Origin: Acholeplasmatales bacterium
GTDB lineage: Bacteria > Bacillota_I > Bacilli_A > Acholeplasmatales > Anaeroplasmataceae
Direction: 5' to 3'
DNA length: 64,000 nt
Assembly: GCA_017449215.1 (NCBI GenBank)
Contig: JAFSJY010000070.1
Location: 887 to 64,886, forward strand
Both the position numbers and the translations under genes were made by a program. The number at the start of each line of letters is the position of its first letter. The stretch's first letter is position 1. The notes below the pieces were generated by a model. It searched no databases, was not told where the DNA came from, and saw only the letters and a program-made list of their open reading frames with translations. Shown here one piece after another: positions 28,343-38,788 of the stretch.

Positions 28343-29167
28343 TTAAAAATCTAATCTTATGATTCTTCCTTTAACTATTTTATCCATAATAATATTACAT
28401 ATTTTATGAATAAATATATATTTTAATTTCCTATATCCATGCATATATGATTTTATACTTATATTTTTATAAGGTATTTGCATCAAATCTAATTCCTTTT
28501 TAGGTTTAGACAATCCAAAATAAGCACCAACATCTTTTATTCCGGCTTCCTTTAACCATGTTTTTAACATTAGCTTTAATCCTTTTTTATTACATGTATC
28601 GAATACTAAGCTAGAATTTTTAAATCTTTTAGATATTTCTAAAAATAAATTTTTAGCATCTTCTCTTTTAAAATAATAAAACACACCTGCAGCTATAAAT
28701 ATTACACCATTATTCTTATTTATTTTATCAATCCATGAATAATCATTTAAATCTGATGATATATTTATTTCTCTATCTCTAAGAGGTATTAATTTATTTC
28801 TAACATTAATAACAGATTCAAAATCTATATTATATACACTACATTTTTTATTATCAATTTCTATATAAATATCAAGTAAACCACATCCTAAATTAACTAC
28901 TGATGTATATGGATATTTTTTTAAATATTCTAATATTTCACATTTTAAATCATATTCTCTTTGGATACATTCAAGTGTCCCATATAAACCAATTTTAGAT
29001 GTCATTTTCTTTTCTTTAGATTTAAAATCATAATCAATTGAATCTATTATTTTTTTAGTATTTCTATTTCCTTTTAAATTAGGATATTTTAATTCTGCAA
29101 TATATCTTGCATAAAGTGGTAATATTAATGTTTCTTCTACAGTATTATGTTCTATTTTATATTTCAT
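28343..29167 (-). CDS. Class I SAM-dependent methyltransferase (LCM/TcmP-like)
   Basis: ETLILPLYAR, VVNLGCGL, IAAGVFYY. Confidence 0.88.
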   Translation of the reverse strand: MKYKIEHNTVEETLILPLYARYIAELKYPNLKGNRNTKKIIDSIDYDFKSKEKKMTSKIGLYGTLECIQREYDLKCEILEYLKKYPYTSVVNLGCGLLDIYIEIDNKKCSVYNIDFESVINVRNKLIPLRDREINISSDLNDYSWIDKINKNNGVIFIAAGVFYYFKREDAKNLFLEISKRFKNSSLVFDTCNKKGLKLMLKTWLKEAGIKDVGAYFGLSKPKKELDLMQIPYKNISIKSYMHGYRKLKYIFIHKICNIIMDKIVKGRIIRLDF

Positions 29168-30344
29168 TATTTATACCTTCTATCCATGAATCTATAAAAT
29201 CCAATACAATCTTACCATTACCTACATTGCAGTGATTTTCTGCTTCTTCTAATTCTTTAAATAATCTAAATGTTAATGATTTAGTGTTAGTTAACATATC
29301 TAATTCTTTATTAATTAAATGATAATCAATAAAATGATCTTGGCTTGCCCCAATAATTAGCATATCTTGTGTTATTTTTTCTGCGACTGGTGCTATATCA
29401 TATTCTTTTAATTTATTTGCATATTCATATGCATCCTTTGCTTCATATGCATAGCACCCATGCTTTAAACCCCAATCGATTATAGGGCTTTTTTTAGCTC
29501 TTTTTTTGAATGCTTTATTAATAATAGGCTTTAAATGAAGCTTCATCGCAAATTTAAATAATTTCTTAGTTTTATTATTTAATTGACCCATAATTACATC
29601 TAAAAAACATGGAAAAACACTCCAAGCTACTACTTTAGTTATTCTTGAATCAAATGCGGCAGCTCTAGGTGCTAAATAGCCACCAAGTGATATACCAATA
29701 ATCGTTATATTATCTAAATTATAATAATCTAATACTGCCTTTACTGGTTCTTCCCATTTATATGTAAAATGCATATTTTGGACTCTTACAACACCGCCTT
29801 GGCCTGGTCCTTCAAACATATAAACCTCATATCCTAAATCTTTCAAATATAGGACTGTAAATAAGAATTCTTCAAAATATGAATCATTTCCTCCATGAAT
29901 TAATATTTTACCTTTAGGAATTCCTTCTGGTTTTAAATGCATTACAGGTAATTTTACATTTTTATAATCTATATAATCTAATTTAATTATTGGATTATCT
30001 CCATTAAAATAATCTTCATAATATTCATAAAATAGCTTAGTTGCTAATTCGTAATATTTTTTCTTATCAGGATCACCATCATACATAAAGAATTCACTCA
30101 TTCTATAATATGCAATCGCGTTATCTATTCTTTCTTCCTTTAATGCGATATCACCTAATTTAATAAGCTCACGTTTCCAATCATTACTATTTTTAATACC
30201 ATTTGAAATAGGTAAAATATCTTCTAATCTTCCACCATCCCAATTAATTATTCTATTTAATTGATAATTGAAATTTGGCTCATCGTTTAATTTATATACA
30301 CCTTTTTTTAATTTGTAAGGCGTATTAACATCATATTTTTTCAT
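29157..30344 (-). CDS. Alpha/beta hydrolase (FrsA/dihydropseudooxynicotine hydrolase-like)
   Basis: HGGNDS, FEGPGQG, GISLGG nucleophile elbow, HCNVGN. Confidence 0.85.
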   Translation of the reverse strand: MKKYDVNTPYKLKKGVYKLNDEPNFNYQLNRIINWDGGRLEDILPISNGIKNSNDWKRELIKLGDIALKEERIDNAIAYYRMSEFFMYDGDPDKKKYYELATKLFYEYYEDYFNGDNPIIKLDYIDYKNVKLPVMHLKPEGIPKGKILIHGGNDSYFEEFLFTVLYLKDLGYEVYMFEGPGQGGVVRVQNMHFTYKWEEPVKAVLDYYNLDNITIIGISLGGYLAPRAAAFDSRITKVVAWSVFPCFLDVIMGQLNNKTKKLFKFAMKLHLKPIINKAFKKRAKKSPIIDWGLKHGCYAYEAKDAYEYANKLKEYDIAPVAEKITQDMLIIGASQDHFIDYHLINKELDMLTNTKSLTFRLFKELEEAENHCNVGNGKIVLDFIDSWIEGINNEI

Positions 30345-30356
30345 TATATAACACCC

Positions 30357-30854
30357 CTAAAATAAAATACAAATCCACGCAATTATAAATGCTGCTATTA
30401 TATAAATAATAAAATGTCTAAAATGAACCCATTTATTATAACCAAATAAATGTGGTCCAACTATATTTTTTACCTCAGGATAATAATGAGGGAAAAAGTT
30501 AGAATGACATAAAAGAATATAATCAAATAGAATAATATCAAATAATTCTAATCCAAATAGCATAATTATTATTCTTATAACAATAAACCAATAAAAAACA
30601 TCATTTTTAATTGAATAATATATTTGATAGCCTATTGGCGATAATAATAAAATAAAAGCTAAAATAAGCATTATATAGCCTAATATATGTTGGTGCTTAA
30701 ATCTTTCCATCTTTTCTGTTACAGCATCCTTTATTTCTTTTGGTGCTGATGAAAAGAATTTCTTATTTTGAACAAATCCTACAGCACCCCAAAGTAATAT
30801 AAAATAGCCAAAGCACATAATTAAAGTTAAAAGAATTGTAATTAACCAACCCAT
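30357..30854 (-). CDS. Hypothetical membrane protein
   Basis: About four hydrophobic segments, FDIILFDY..HSNFFP motif, in operon context. Confidence 0.7.
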   Translation of the reverse strand: MGWLITILLTLIMCFGYFILLWGAVGFVQNKKFFSSAPKEIKDAVTEKMERFKHQHILGYIMLILAFILLLSPIGYQIYYSIKNDVFYWFIVIRIIIMLFGLELFDIILFDYILLCHSNFFPHYYPEVKNIVGPHLFGYNKWVHFRHFIIYIIAAFIIAWICILF

Positions 30855-30857
30855 ATG

Positions 30858-32246
30858 TTACCTTCTAAAGAATTCATCAATTAATTCTTTATTACCTATT
30901 TTTAATTCATCATCTAAAATAATACATTTATCACATAAGCTATTAGCACATCTAATATCATGGCTAATAGTTATAATTGTTGTATTATGTTTATTTCTAT
31001 ATTCGTTAATGATATTTATCATATTTAATAAATTATCATAATCCTGACCAACTGTAGGCTCATCTAAAAATAATACTTTAGGTAATCTTGCTAAAACTAA
31101 GGCAACAGTTAATTTTCTTTTTTCTCCTTCAGATAGACTTAAAGGATGTCTATTTTTATATTTTTCTAAATCAAATTTATTTAATAATTCATATGCTAAT
31201 TCTTTAGATTTAGCATTATATAATATTTCCTTTTCAACAGTTGGCATAAATAACTGATAATTAGGATTTTGATAAACAATACCAATTTCATCAAACCAAT
31301 GTCTTTTCTTAGTTGTTATATATTGCTTTATTTCACCATCTGTTGGCTTTATCATTTTTGATAATAATCTTATTAATGTTGTTTTACCTTTACCATTTTC
31401 TCCAAGTAATAATAATCTTTCACCTTCATTAATATCGAATGAAATATTATTTATAATCGTTCTATCCTTAATCTTATAAGTAAGATTATTTACTTCAAAT
31501 ATCTTTTTATTTGAATCTATTATTATTCCATTATCGTTGATGATATTCTTCTCATCATCTAAATATTTATTAATATCTTCTATTTCATTTATAATTCCAT
31601 TTTTAATATCATATATTTTATCGATATATTTAATTAACATATCTAATCTATGCTCAATAATGATTATTGTATAATCATTATTCTTTAAATCAGTTAGTGC
31701 ATCTAATAATAGCTTAGCTCCAAACTTATCTATATTTGCTAGAGGTTCATCTAATATTATTATTTTAGGATTCATTGCTAGAATCGCACCTGACATTAAT
31801 CTTTGCTTTTCTCCACCAGACAATGTTTTTGATTTAGCATTTTTATTTAAAGATAAAATATTGCATATATCATTAATCTTAGATTCTATTTCTTTTCTTG
31901 CTAAATTAATATTTTCTAAACCAAAAGCTATTTCTTCTTCAACATGAGGCATAACAATTTGACTATCCGCATTTTGAAGTACAACACCAACATTTTTAGA
32001 TATTTCTGAAATAGATTTACCAATTACATTTTCACCATTAATTAATATCTCACCCTTTATATCACCTTTAATAATATTAGGTATTATTCCAGTAATTAGA
32101 TTTAATATAGTAGATTTACCAGAGCCTGACATTCCAGCAAGCAAAGTAATCTTTCCATATTCAGCAGTCATATTAATATTTTTTAAAATTATTTCTTTAA
32201 ATCCTTTATATCTAAAATAGATATTTTTTAATTCTACTGCCTTCAT
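30858..32246 (-). CDS. ECF transporter duplicated ATPase (A-A')
   Basis: GMSGSGKS and GENGKGKT; LSGGEKQR, LSEGEKRK, DEPTVGQD. Confidence 0.9.
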   Translation of the reverse strand: MKAVELKNIYFRYKGFKEIILKNINMTAEYGKITLLAGMSGSGKSTILNLITGIIPNIIKGDIKGEILINGENVIGKSISEISKNVGVVLQNADSQIVMPHVEEEIAFGLENINLARKEIESKINDICNILSLNKNAKSKTLSGGEKQRLMSGAILAMNPKIIILDEPLANIDKFGAKLLLDALTDLKNNDYTIIIIEHRLDMLIKYIDKIYDIKNGIINEIEDINKYLDDEKNIINDNGIIIDSNKKIFEVNNLTYKIKDRTIINNISFDINEGERLLLLGENGKGKTTLIRLLSKMIKPTDGEIKQYITTKKRHWFDEIGIVYQNPNYQLFMPTVEKEILYNAKSKELAYELLNKFDLEKYKNRHPLSLSEGEKRKLTVALVLARLPKVLFLDEPTVGQDYDNLLNMINIINEYRNKHNTTIITISHDIRCANSLCDKCIILDDELKIGNKELIDEFFRR

Positions 32247-32248
32247 AA

Positions 32249-32905
32249 TTACCCCTTAAATATTATTAATAAAGCAATTGAAGCTCCTATTAATAACACA
32301 TAAAATAAATCTAATAATTTTAATCTAATAGGCTTATATATTGAATAATCATTACCTGTCATCTTAAAGCCTCTAGTTTCAAGTGACAAAGATAATGTAT
32401 CTGATATTTCAGTTATTCTCATAATAAGTGGTATTATAAATGCTCTATATAATATCTTAGGATTATATAAAGCAATACCTCTTGATTTCATGGCCTCTCT
32501 TATTCTTTTCATTTCAATTTTTAAAATTGGAATAAAAGAAAATGTAATCATTAATCCTATTGTTATAAATCTAGGGCAATGTATTTGATTTAGAGATGTC
32601 GTAAAATCAACAATATAAATACTAGCTGCAGGGATTAAAGATATAAATATAGCTAAAAATCTAATAGTCATTCTTAGCATCATATCTGTATCCTTAGTTG
32701 ATAGATATATTATTAATGTAAATATACCTATAAATAAGCAGGCAGGTATAATCATCTTTAGGGCACTCTTATGCATTCCAAATAATATAAATAAAACATA
32801 AAGAGAAGCTAACCAATATAACGTATTAAAATTTTCAGCATATATAAGTCCAAAAATCATTATTACGATTGACGATAATAATGACATTAAAGGATGTATT
32901 CTCAT
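32249..32905 (-). CDS. ECF transporter T component
   Basis: AMKSRG and LETRGF X-R-X motifs, TM segments. Confidence 0.88.
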   Translation of the reverse strand: MRIHPLMSLLSSIVIMIFGLIYAENFNTLYWLASLYVLFILFGMHKSALKMIIPACLFIGIFTLIIYLSTKDTDMMLRMTIRFLAIFISLIPAASIYIVDFTTSLNQIHCPRFITIGLMITFSFIPILKIEMKRIREAMKSRGIALYNPKILYRAFIIPLIMRITEISDTLSLSLETRGFKMTGNDYSIYKPIRLKLLDLFYVLLIGASIALLIIFKG

Positions 32906-33522
32906 TAATTAAATTTACCTGCTTTTCTTAATTCTCTTGATATTTTAATACCTAAAAATGAACCTAAAGCACAAACAAGTATAATGCATCCACTTATAAC
33001 AAATACTTGCCATAGTTCTGGATTCATCATCGCATTAATTGCGCTCTTAGGATTATCGTTATGATACATTGTATTTAATATTAAGTATAAAAATGGAATG
33101 GTAAGTGGTGTATAGATTACACCTGCAAAAAAACATGCTTTATCACTATATTTTCTAAATATAATTAAAACTAATATTTCTGTAATTAATCCACATGAGG
33201 CAATACATATAAACATTGGCCAAAACATAAATGCGAGTATTCCACCTAATAACAATGACATAAATGTTAAAGCACCAATCTTTTTAACCTTCATTAATGC
33301 TATTACTGGAATAATAGAAAATTGAAAACCAATACAAAGTGGAATAGCACCAAAGATTGGTAGCCCTAATGCTAGTGGCATAATACCACCAGTTAATAGC
33401 ATTAAGGCTGCCATTATAGCTAAAAATACAATATCTGATATTTTGAATTTCTTAAAGATTTTATTATCTTCTTCCTTTGATTCATCTATATCATCAAAAG
33501 GATTTATCTCCTTATCTTCCAT
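32905..33522 (-). CDS. MptD-family putative ECF S component
   Basis: KISDIVFLAIM, KVKKIGAL, ISRELRKAG C-terminus; adjacent to EcfT/EcfA. Confidence 0.7.
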   Translation of the reverse strand: MEDKEINPFDDIDESKEEDNKIFKKFKISDIVFLAIMAALMLLTGGIMPLALGLPIFGAIPLCIGFQFSIIPVIALMKVKKIGALTFMSLLLGGILAFMFWPMFICIASCGLITEILVLIIFRKYSDKACFFAGVIYTPLTIPFLYLILNTMYHNDNPKSAINAMMNPELWQVFVISGCIILVCALGSFLGIKISRELRKAGKFN

Positions 33523-35176
33523 ATTCTATAATCCTTCCCTTATCAATCTCATATATTCTATCAGCAATAGCCATTGTAGATTTCCTATGAGAAACCAATA
33601 TAATTGTTTTTTCATTTTTTAAATCCTTCAAAGATTTTAAAATAATACCTTCATTTATCGCATCTACATTAGATGTAACTTCATCTAATAAGATTAATTC
33701 TGATCCTCTTAAGAAGCATCTTGCTAAACCAATACGCTGTTTTTCACCAGCTGATAAATTATTTAAAGTTGGTCCAACCTTAGTATTATAACCATCAGGT
33801 AATGACATAATAAAATCATGAATAGATGCTTTTTTGCATGCCTCTATTATTTCTTCTTCACTCGCATCTTCTTTAGCAATCTTTAAATTATATAAAATAG
33901 TATCATCAAATAGATATGTAGTTTGAGATGCCATTGTTACATTTTCATATAATGAATTAGTATTAATTTCATTAATATCTATGTCATTATATTTAATGCC
34001 TTTAGATTCATAAAATCTTAATAATAGCTTTAATAATGTTGATTTACCACAGCCAGATTCTCCAACTATTCCAACTATTTCTCCCTTATTAATATTTAAA
34101 TTAATATCCTTTAATATTAATTCATTATCATATTTAAAATCTAAATTATTAACATCTAGCTTTTCATATTTAAAATCATTCTTATTAGATACATCTATAA
34201 CCTGTGGTGCCTCTTCCATTAGATTTAATACTCTATCTCCTGATGCGAAGGTTTGAGTTAAATTTGAAGGTAATGAAGATATAGCAATAATAGGTCCAAA
34301 TGATGATGTAATAGCTACAACACCAATTATCATAAATCCTAAAGTTAATTCATTATTATTAACTAATATTATTCCTACTATTAAAGACACAATAATAGAT
34401 AAAGAAACTAATACCTCAGTAATACCAAATGATATAGATGATTTTCTTTTTATTAATGTTGTATTATTAAATAATTTAGTACTTCTTTTATTTATTTCTT
34501 CTTTTCTTCTATTTTCTGAATTATTTAATATTATTTCCTTTACACCCTTAATTGAATCTAAGAAATAAGCACTGAAGCTAGCAAATTCATTTCTATATTT
34601 AACACCAGTAGATTTTAATGCTTTAGATGAAATAATTGGTAATAATACTCCAATAATCAAATACGAAATTAAAGCAACTAATCCTAAATAAATACTAGAT
34701 ATTATTGATACAAATATAATTATTGTAATAGATGATATTAAAGCTATCGCAATAGGTGATATTGTGTGAGCATAAAATACTTCAAGTGTTTCAATATCAG
34801 CAGTTAATAAGGATATAATAGAACCTTTCTTTTTAGATTCTAATTTAGCAGGTGCTAATATTCTTAATTTAGTAAATATTTTATCTCTTATAATAGCAAG
34901 TAACTTAAATGCTATATAATGATTAGAATATTGTTCAAAATATCTAAGTATTCCTCTTAATATTCCACAACCTATTGTAAGTGCTATAATCCATCCAAAA
35001 GGTAATACTACATTTTCACCAATCACCTTAGCTACACCTAATGATGCAAATATCATTACACCACTAGCACATAAATTACCAATAGCGCCATTTAATATCG
35101 CAAGAACCATAACAAAGAAAAATGATCCAACTAAAGTGATTAATTTAAGCATAATTAAAAGTCCATTTCTACGCAT
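33512..35176 (-). CDS. ABC exporter-type half transporter (TMD+NBD, CydC/IrtB-like)
   Basis: GESGCGKST, LSAGEKQRIGLAR, LLDEVTS. Confidence 0.9.
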   Translation of the reverse strand: MRRNGLLIMLKLITLVGSFFFVMVLAILNGAIGNLCASGVMIFASLGVAKVIGENVVLPFGWIIALTIGCGILRGILRYFEQYSNHYIAFKLLAIIRDKIFTKLRILAPAKLESKKKGSIISLLTADIETLEVFYAHTISPIAIALISSITIIIFVSIISSIYLGLVALISYLIIGVLLPIISSKALKSTGVKYRNEFASFSAYFLDSIKGVKEIILNNSENRRKEEINKRSTKLFNNTTLIKRKSSISFGITEVLVSLSIIVSLIVGIILVNNNELTLGFMIIGVVAITSSFGPIIAISSLPSNLTQTFASGDRVLNLMEEAPQVIDVSNKNDFKYEKLDVNNLDFKYDNELILKDINLNINKGEIVGIVGESGCGKSTLLKLLLRFYESKGIKYNDIDINEINTNSLYENVTMASQTTYLFDDTILYNLKIAKEDASEEEIIEACKKASIHDFIMSLPDGYNTKVGPTLNNLSAGEKQRIGLARCFLRGSELILLDEVTSNVDAINEGIILKSLKDLKNEKTIILVSHRKSTMAIADRIYEIDKGRIIEYGR

Positions 35177-36917
35177 TTAAATCACCATCCTTAAATCCTT
35201 CTTCTAAGGATTTTTGAGTATTAAATAATTTATTATATCCACCATTTAATTTTAATAATTCATTATGATTTCCAGATTCTTTAATTAATCCATCCTCTAA
35301 ATAATAAATAATATCTGATTCAATTACATTTTTTAATCTATGAGATATTAATATGACTACCTTATCCTTAGATAATTCTTTTATGTTATCCATAATTATC
35401 TTTTCAGATTCAATATCTATATTTGATGTTGCCTCATCAAAGATATAAATATCCTTATTAGTAACTAATGAAATAGCTAAAGAAAGTCTTTGTCTTTCTC
35501 CACCTGATATATTTGTAGAATCCTCATTAATTACCTTATCTAAGCCACCATTATCCTTAATGAATTTATCTAAATTAACTAATTTTAATGAAGCCCATAT
35601 TTCATCTTCAGTTACATCTAGCTTTGCATTTTTAAAATTATCTAATATTGATTCATTGAAAATATATGAATCATATGAAACTACTGATAGATGATTGTAA
35701 TAATCAATTCTAGATAATGATTCTAATTCCTTATTACCTATGGTAATAGAACCAATATTAGATCTTTCACTACCTGTTATTAGTTTTACAATTGTAGACT
35801 TACCACAACCTGATTCACCAACTATTGAATTTAAACCCTTATTAAACTCCATATTGATGTTCTTTAATACATCACGAGTTCCATCATATGTAAATGTTAA
35901 ATCATTAATTTTAATATCATATGATGTAAGCTTATCTTCATTCCATTTATATTCGTCTATATTTAATAAAGATAATATCTTTCTTCCAGCAGAGGCACCA
36001 TTCATACCAACATGGAAGGCACTACCAAATCTTCTCATTGGTAAGAAGAATTCTACTGCCACTAAAATCATAAATATAATCGCAAATAATGCAGGTAAAG
36101 CTCCACTATTATAAAGACCATCCTTATAATTTAATAAAGCTATTGTTATACCGATACCAGCACCACCATAAGCAACTAAATCCATGATAGTTGTCGATGC
36201 TAGCTGCATAACTAGCACCTTCATTGTTATTTTTCTAAATTCTTCTGCAGATTCATTCATTTTAATTTGTCTTTTAGCATCTGCTCTAAATATTTTTAAT
36301 TCCTTTAATCCATTAACTGAATCTAAGAATGAATCACCCATTGAAATATATTTACCCCAATATTTAGCAAAGACTTTTTTTGCATATTTTGAAACAAAGA
36401 TAATAGAAGCAGGAATTAAAGGGACAAAGCATATTAAAGCAACTGCAGGTCTAAAATTCATCCATACAGTTAATCCAAATAATACAAATGGAGCTAGCAT
36501 TGCATAAAAGAATTGTGGAAGATATTCACAATAATATAAATCTATTTGCTCTACACCCTCCATTAATACCTGTGTTAAGCCTGCAACACCAATTTCTTCA
36601 TTAGTTTTACCATTTAAGGCTATGATTTTTTCATAACCCTTTTCTCTTAAATCTTTCTTTACATTTTTACCTAATAAATCCTTCAATTCAACAGTCATTC
36701 TATGAATAAAATATCTAATTATAATACAGCCAATAGCTATACCAATAGGCATTATGTATGTATCTAAATCACTATCAATAGATGCATAATAAATAGATAG
36801 TGCAACCATCGCACTAAAGCCTAGATTAGCTAGTAAGCCTACTATCATTAAAATGACAATAATTATTAGATACTTCTTATTCTTACCTAATAATTTAAAT
36901 AAATTCTTATCTATCAT
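35169..36917 (-). CDS. ABC exporter-type half transporter (TMD+NBD, CydD/IrtA-like)
   Basis: GESGCGKST, ISGGERQRL, FDEATSNID. Confidence 0.9.
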   Translation of the reverse strand: MIDKNLFKLLGKNKKYLIIIVILMIVGLLANLGFSAMVALSIYYASIDSDLDTYIMPIGIAIGCIIIRYFIHRMTVELKDLLGKNVKKDLREKGYEKIIALNGKTNEEIGVAGLTQVLMEGVEQIDLYYCEYLPQFFYAMLAPFVLFGLTVWMNFRPAVALICFVPLIPASIIFVSKYAKKVFAKYWGKYISMGDSFLDSVNGLKELKIFRADAKRQIKMNESAEEFRKITMKVLVMQLASTTIMDLVAYGGAGIGITIALLNYKDGLYNSGALPALFAIIFMILVAVEFFLPMRRFGSAFHVGMNGASAGRKILSLLNIDEYKWNEDKLTSYDIKINDLTFTYDGTRDVLKNINMEFNKGLNSIVGESGCGKSTIVKLITGSERSNIGSITIGNKELESLSRIDYYNHLSVVSYDSYIFNESILDNFKNAKLDVTEDEIWASLKLVNLDKFIKDNGGLDKVINEDSTNISGGERQRLSLAISLVTNKDIYIFDEATSNIDIESEKIIMDNIKELSKDKVVILISHRLKNVIESDIIYYLEDGLIKESGNHNELLKLNGGYNKLFNTQKSLEEGFKDGDLNA

Positions 36918-37260
36918 TATTTTTCCTTTCTACCCTTTTGTTTTCTCTTTTAACCTTTATTGTTTTAAATAAATGATTAAAAGACATAATAGGATGAGTA
37001 AACATTAATCTTGGTCCTGAATATCTCATTACTTCTCTTATTTTTTCCCTCATTATTGTATTTGATTTATAGCAATGAATTCTACAATTAGCACAGAACC
37101 CCTTCTCATCACCAAAAGGACATTTATTTCTTTTCATTTCAACAAATGAATATAAATTATTACAATCATCACATAAATTATTTTTCTTAGTTTTATGCTT
37201 CTTATGACAATACATCTTAATCATTGTATTGACTATCTTTAATTCTTTTTCTTTTTTCAT
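36907..37260 (-). CDS. YgbA / nitrous-oxide-stimulated-promoter family Cys-rich protein
   Basis: MIKMYC..H..CDDC..CPF...FCANC.IHCYK..MRYSGPRLM..HP. Confidence 0.85.
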   Translation of the reverse strand: MKKEKELKIVNTMIKMYCHKKHKTKKNNLCDDCNNLYSFVEMKRNKCPFGDEKGFCANCRIHCYKSNTIMREKIREVMRYSGPRLMFTHPIMSFNHLFKTIKVKRENKRVERKNNDR

Positions 37261-37688
37261 TTGTTAAGTCTCATATTATTTTCTAATTCTTTTAATGTGA
37301 TATGCTTTTCTTTTAAATCATTTAAGTGAAGATTAATATGATTATCTATAATCTCTAGCATTTCATCAGAAATATGGTTTTCCATATTATAGGCTTCCTT
37401 TTCTGCTAGGGCTTCACTCGCACCTAGACCAATAAATGCCATCTTTAAAACCTTATGTCTGTTTGCAATTAAAGATGCAATTCCCCTTCCTTCTTCTGTT
37501 AATAATATTCTTTTCTTCTCACCAAATGTTATTAATCCCTTATCCTCTAGCTTTCTTAATAACCCAAGAACGCTTGGTCTAGAATAATTCAAAGTTTTAG
37601 CAACATCTGCTGATTTAACATATTCCCATTTTAAGGATAAATTATAAATTGTTTTCAAATATAATTGTTCAGATTTTGTAGTTTCCAT
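37257..37688 (-). CDS. DtxR/MntR-family metal-dependent regulator
   Basis: SEQLYLKTIY, DVAKTLNYSRPSV, RHKVL, MENHIS; ATG 37688 with GGAGG SD. Confidence 0.9.
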   Translation of the reverse strand: METTKSEQLYLKTIYNLSLKWEYVKSADVAKTLNYSRPSVLGLLRKLEDKGLITFGEKKRILLTEEGRGIASLIANRHKVLKMAFIGLGASEALAEKEAYNMENHISDEMLEIIDNHINLHLNDLKEKHITLKELENNMRLNK

Positions 37689-37753
37689 ATAACCCTCCAA
37701 ATGTTAGTTAACAAATAAAAAATCATAAAAAACGGCTCAATTATTATTCAATT

Positions 37754-37836
37754 TTTGTTAGGAACACCTAACAAAGTTAGTTATAACTAACTAATCTAAA
37801 ATAATTATATATCTTATAGTTAGGTATGTCAAACTA
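37754..37836 (-). promoter_or_regulatory. Consensus promoter TTGACA-N17-TATAAT with DtxR/SirR-type operator boxes
   Basis: -35 at 37832-37827, -10 at 37809-37804; TTTGTTAGG-N4-CCTAACAAA (37754-37775), GTTAGTTATAACTAAC (37776-37791), partial box 37817-37836. Confidence 0.8.
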
Positions 37837-37859
37837 ATGTACAATTTTTTGTTGTAAAT

Positions 37860-37930
37860 AAAAACACCTTAAGATTATCTCCTAAGGTGTAATTAAACTA
37901 CTTCTTTAATGTTAAAGTTGTTACTGATTC
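37860..37930. repeat. Exact 71-bp direct repeat of the rlmD 3' end plus terminator (copy 2 at 40152-40222)
   Basis: Base-by-base identity; encodes ESVTTLTLKK* and the hairpin ACACCTTA..TAAGGTGT. Confidence 0.95.
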
Positions 37931-37968
37931 GACGATGCAACTAAAGTTTTGTGGTTGAGAGAATATGT

Positions 37969-38784
37969 CTACAATAATTTACTGATATGTGCAGTTAAAT
38001 AATGTGGATATTTATCTTCAACAAATCCACATTTTTTATATACTTTTATAGCTGCAATATTATCAATATCTACTAAAAGCATCATATCATTATCTTTATT
38101 CTCATATAGTGCTTTTGCTAATAGTTTCTTTCCATATCCTTTATTCCTATATTCTTCTTTAACGTAATTATCATATGGTTCATTTTCTTTAAAACAATTA
38201 GTAACATCAATGTATCCAATCACTTTATCATTATCTAATGCCACATAAACACTAAACCTATCTTTAGCTTTTATTACTTTCTCCCCTGTCCAATAAGTAT
38301 CTTTTTCATGAATATTTAGATATTCATCACAATACTTATCTTCTAAAGGCTTTATTTCATCAAATGACATATCTAATTTTTTAGGAATATATATCATTTT
38401 CATTTGTTCAGTTTCGAATGTAGCATCATATCCTTTTAGTATGTTTTTCAATAAATAATTCTTAGCATTAAAAACAAAATCACAGTTATACCCTTTATAA
38501 TTGCTTTTTAGATACTCAAACAATTCTAAATATGCTTTCTCTTCTTTTGATAATCCAAGGAGCATTTCAATATATAATTCATCTGGTAACACTAGCAAAA
38601 CGAATGCACCTATCACTTTATTACCTGATAAAATCACAAGAGATTCTCTTGTTTCTCTTTTTTGTGTTAGTAAATTTATTTTATCTTCTTCACTAATAAT
38701 GTGCGGATCAATAAAATCACCTTTAGCATAAAAGGAATCAACAAATTCAGTATAATCTTTTAATGTTTCAACTTTTTTAATCAT
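37969..38784 (-). CDS. GNAT family N-acetyltransferase
   Basis: C-terminal YVKEEYRNKGYGKKL and NIAAIKVYKKCGF. Confidence 0.88.
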   Translation of the reverse strand: MIKKVETLKDYTEFVDSFYAKGDFIDPHIISEEDKINLLTQKRETRESLVILSGNKVIGAFVLLVLPDELYIEMLLGLSKEEKAYLELFEYLKSNYKGYNCDFVFNAKNYLLKNILKGYDATFETEQMKMIYIPKKLDMSFDEIKPLEDKYCDEYLNIHEKDTYWTGEKVIKAKDRFSVYVALDNDKVIGYIDVTNCFKENEPYDNYVKEEYRNKGYGKKLLAKALYENKDNDMMLLVDIDNIAAIKVYKKCGFVEDKYPHYLTAHISKLL

Positions 38785-38788
38785 ATTA

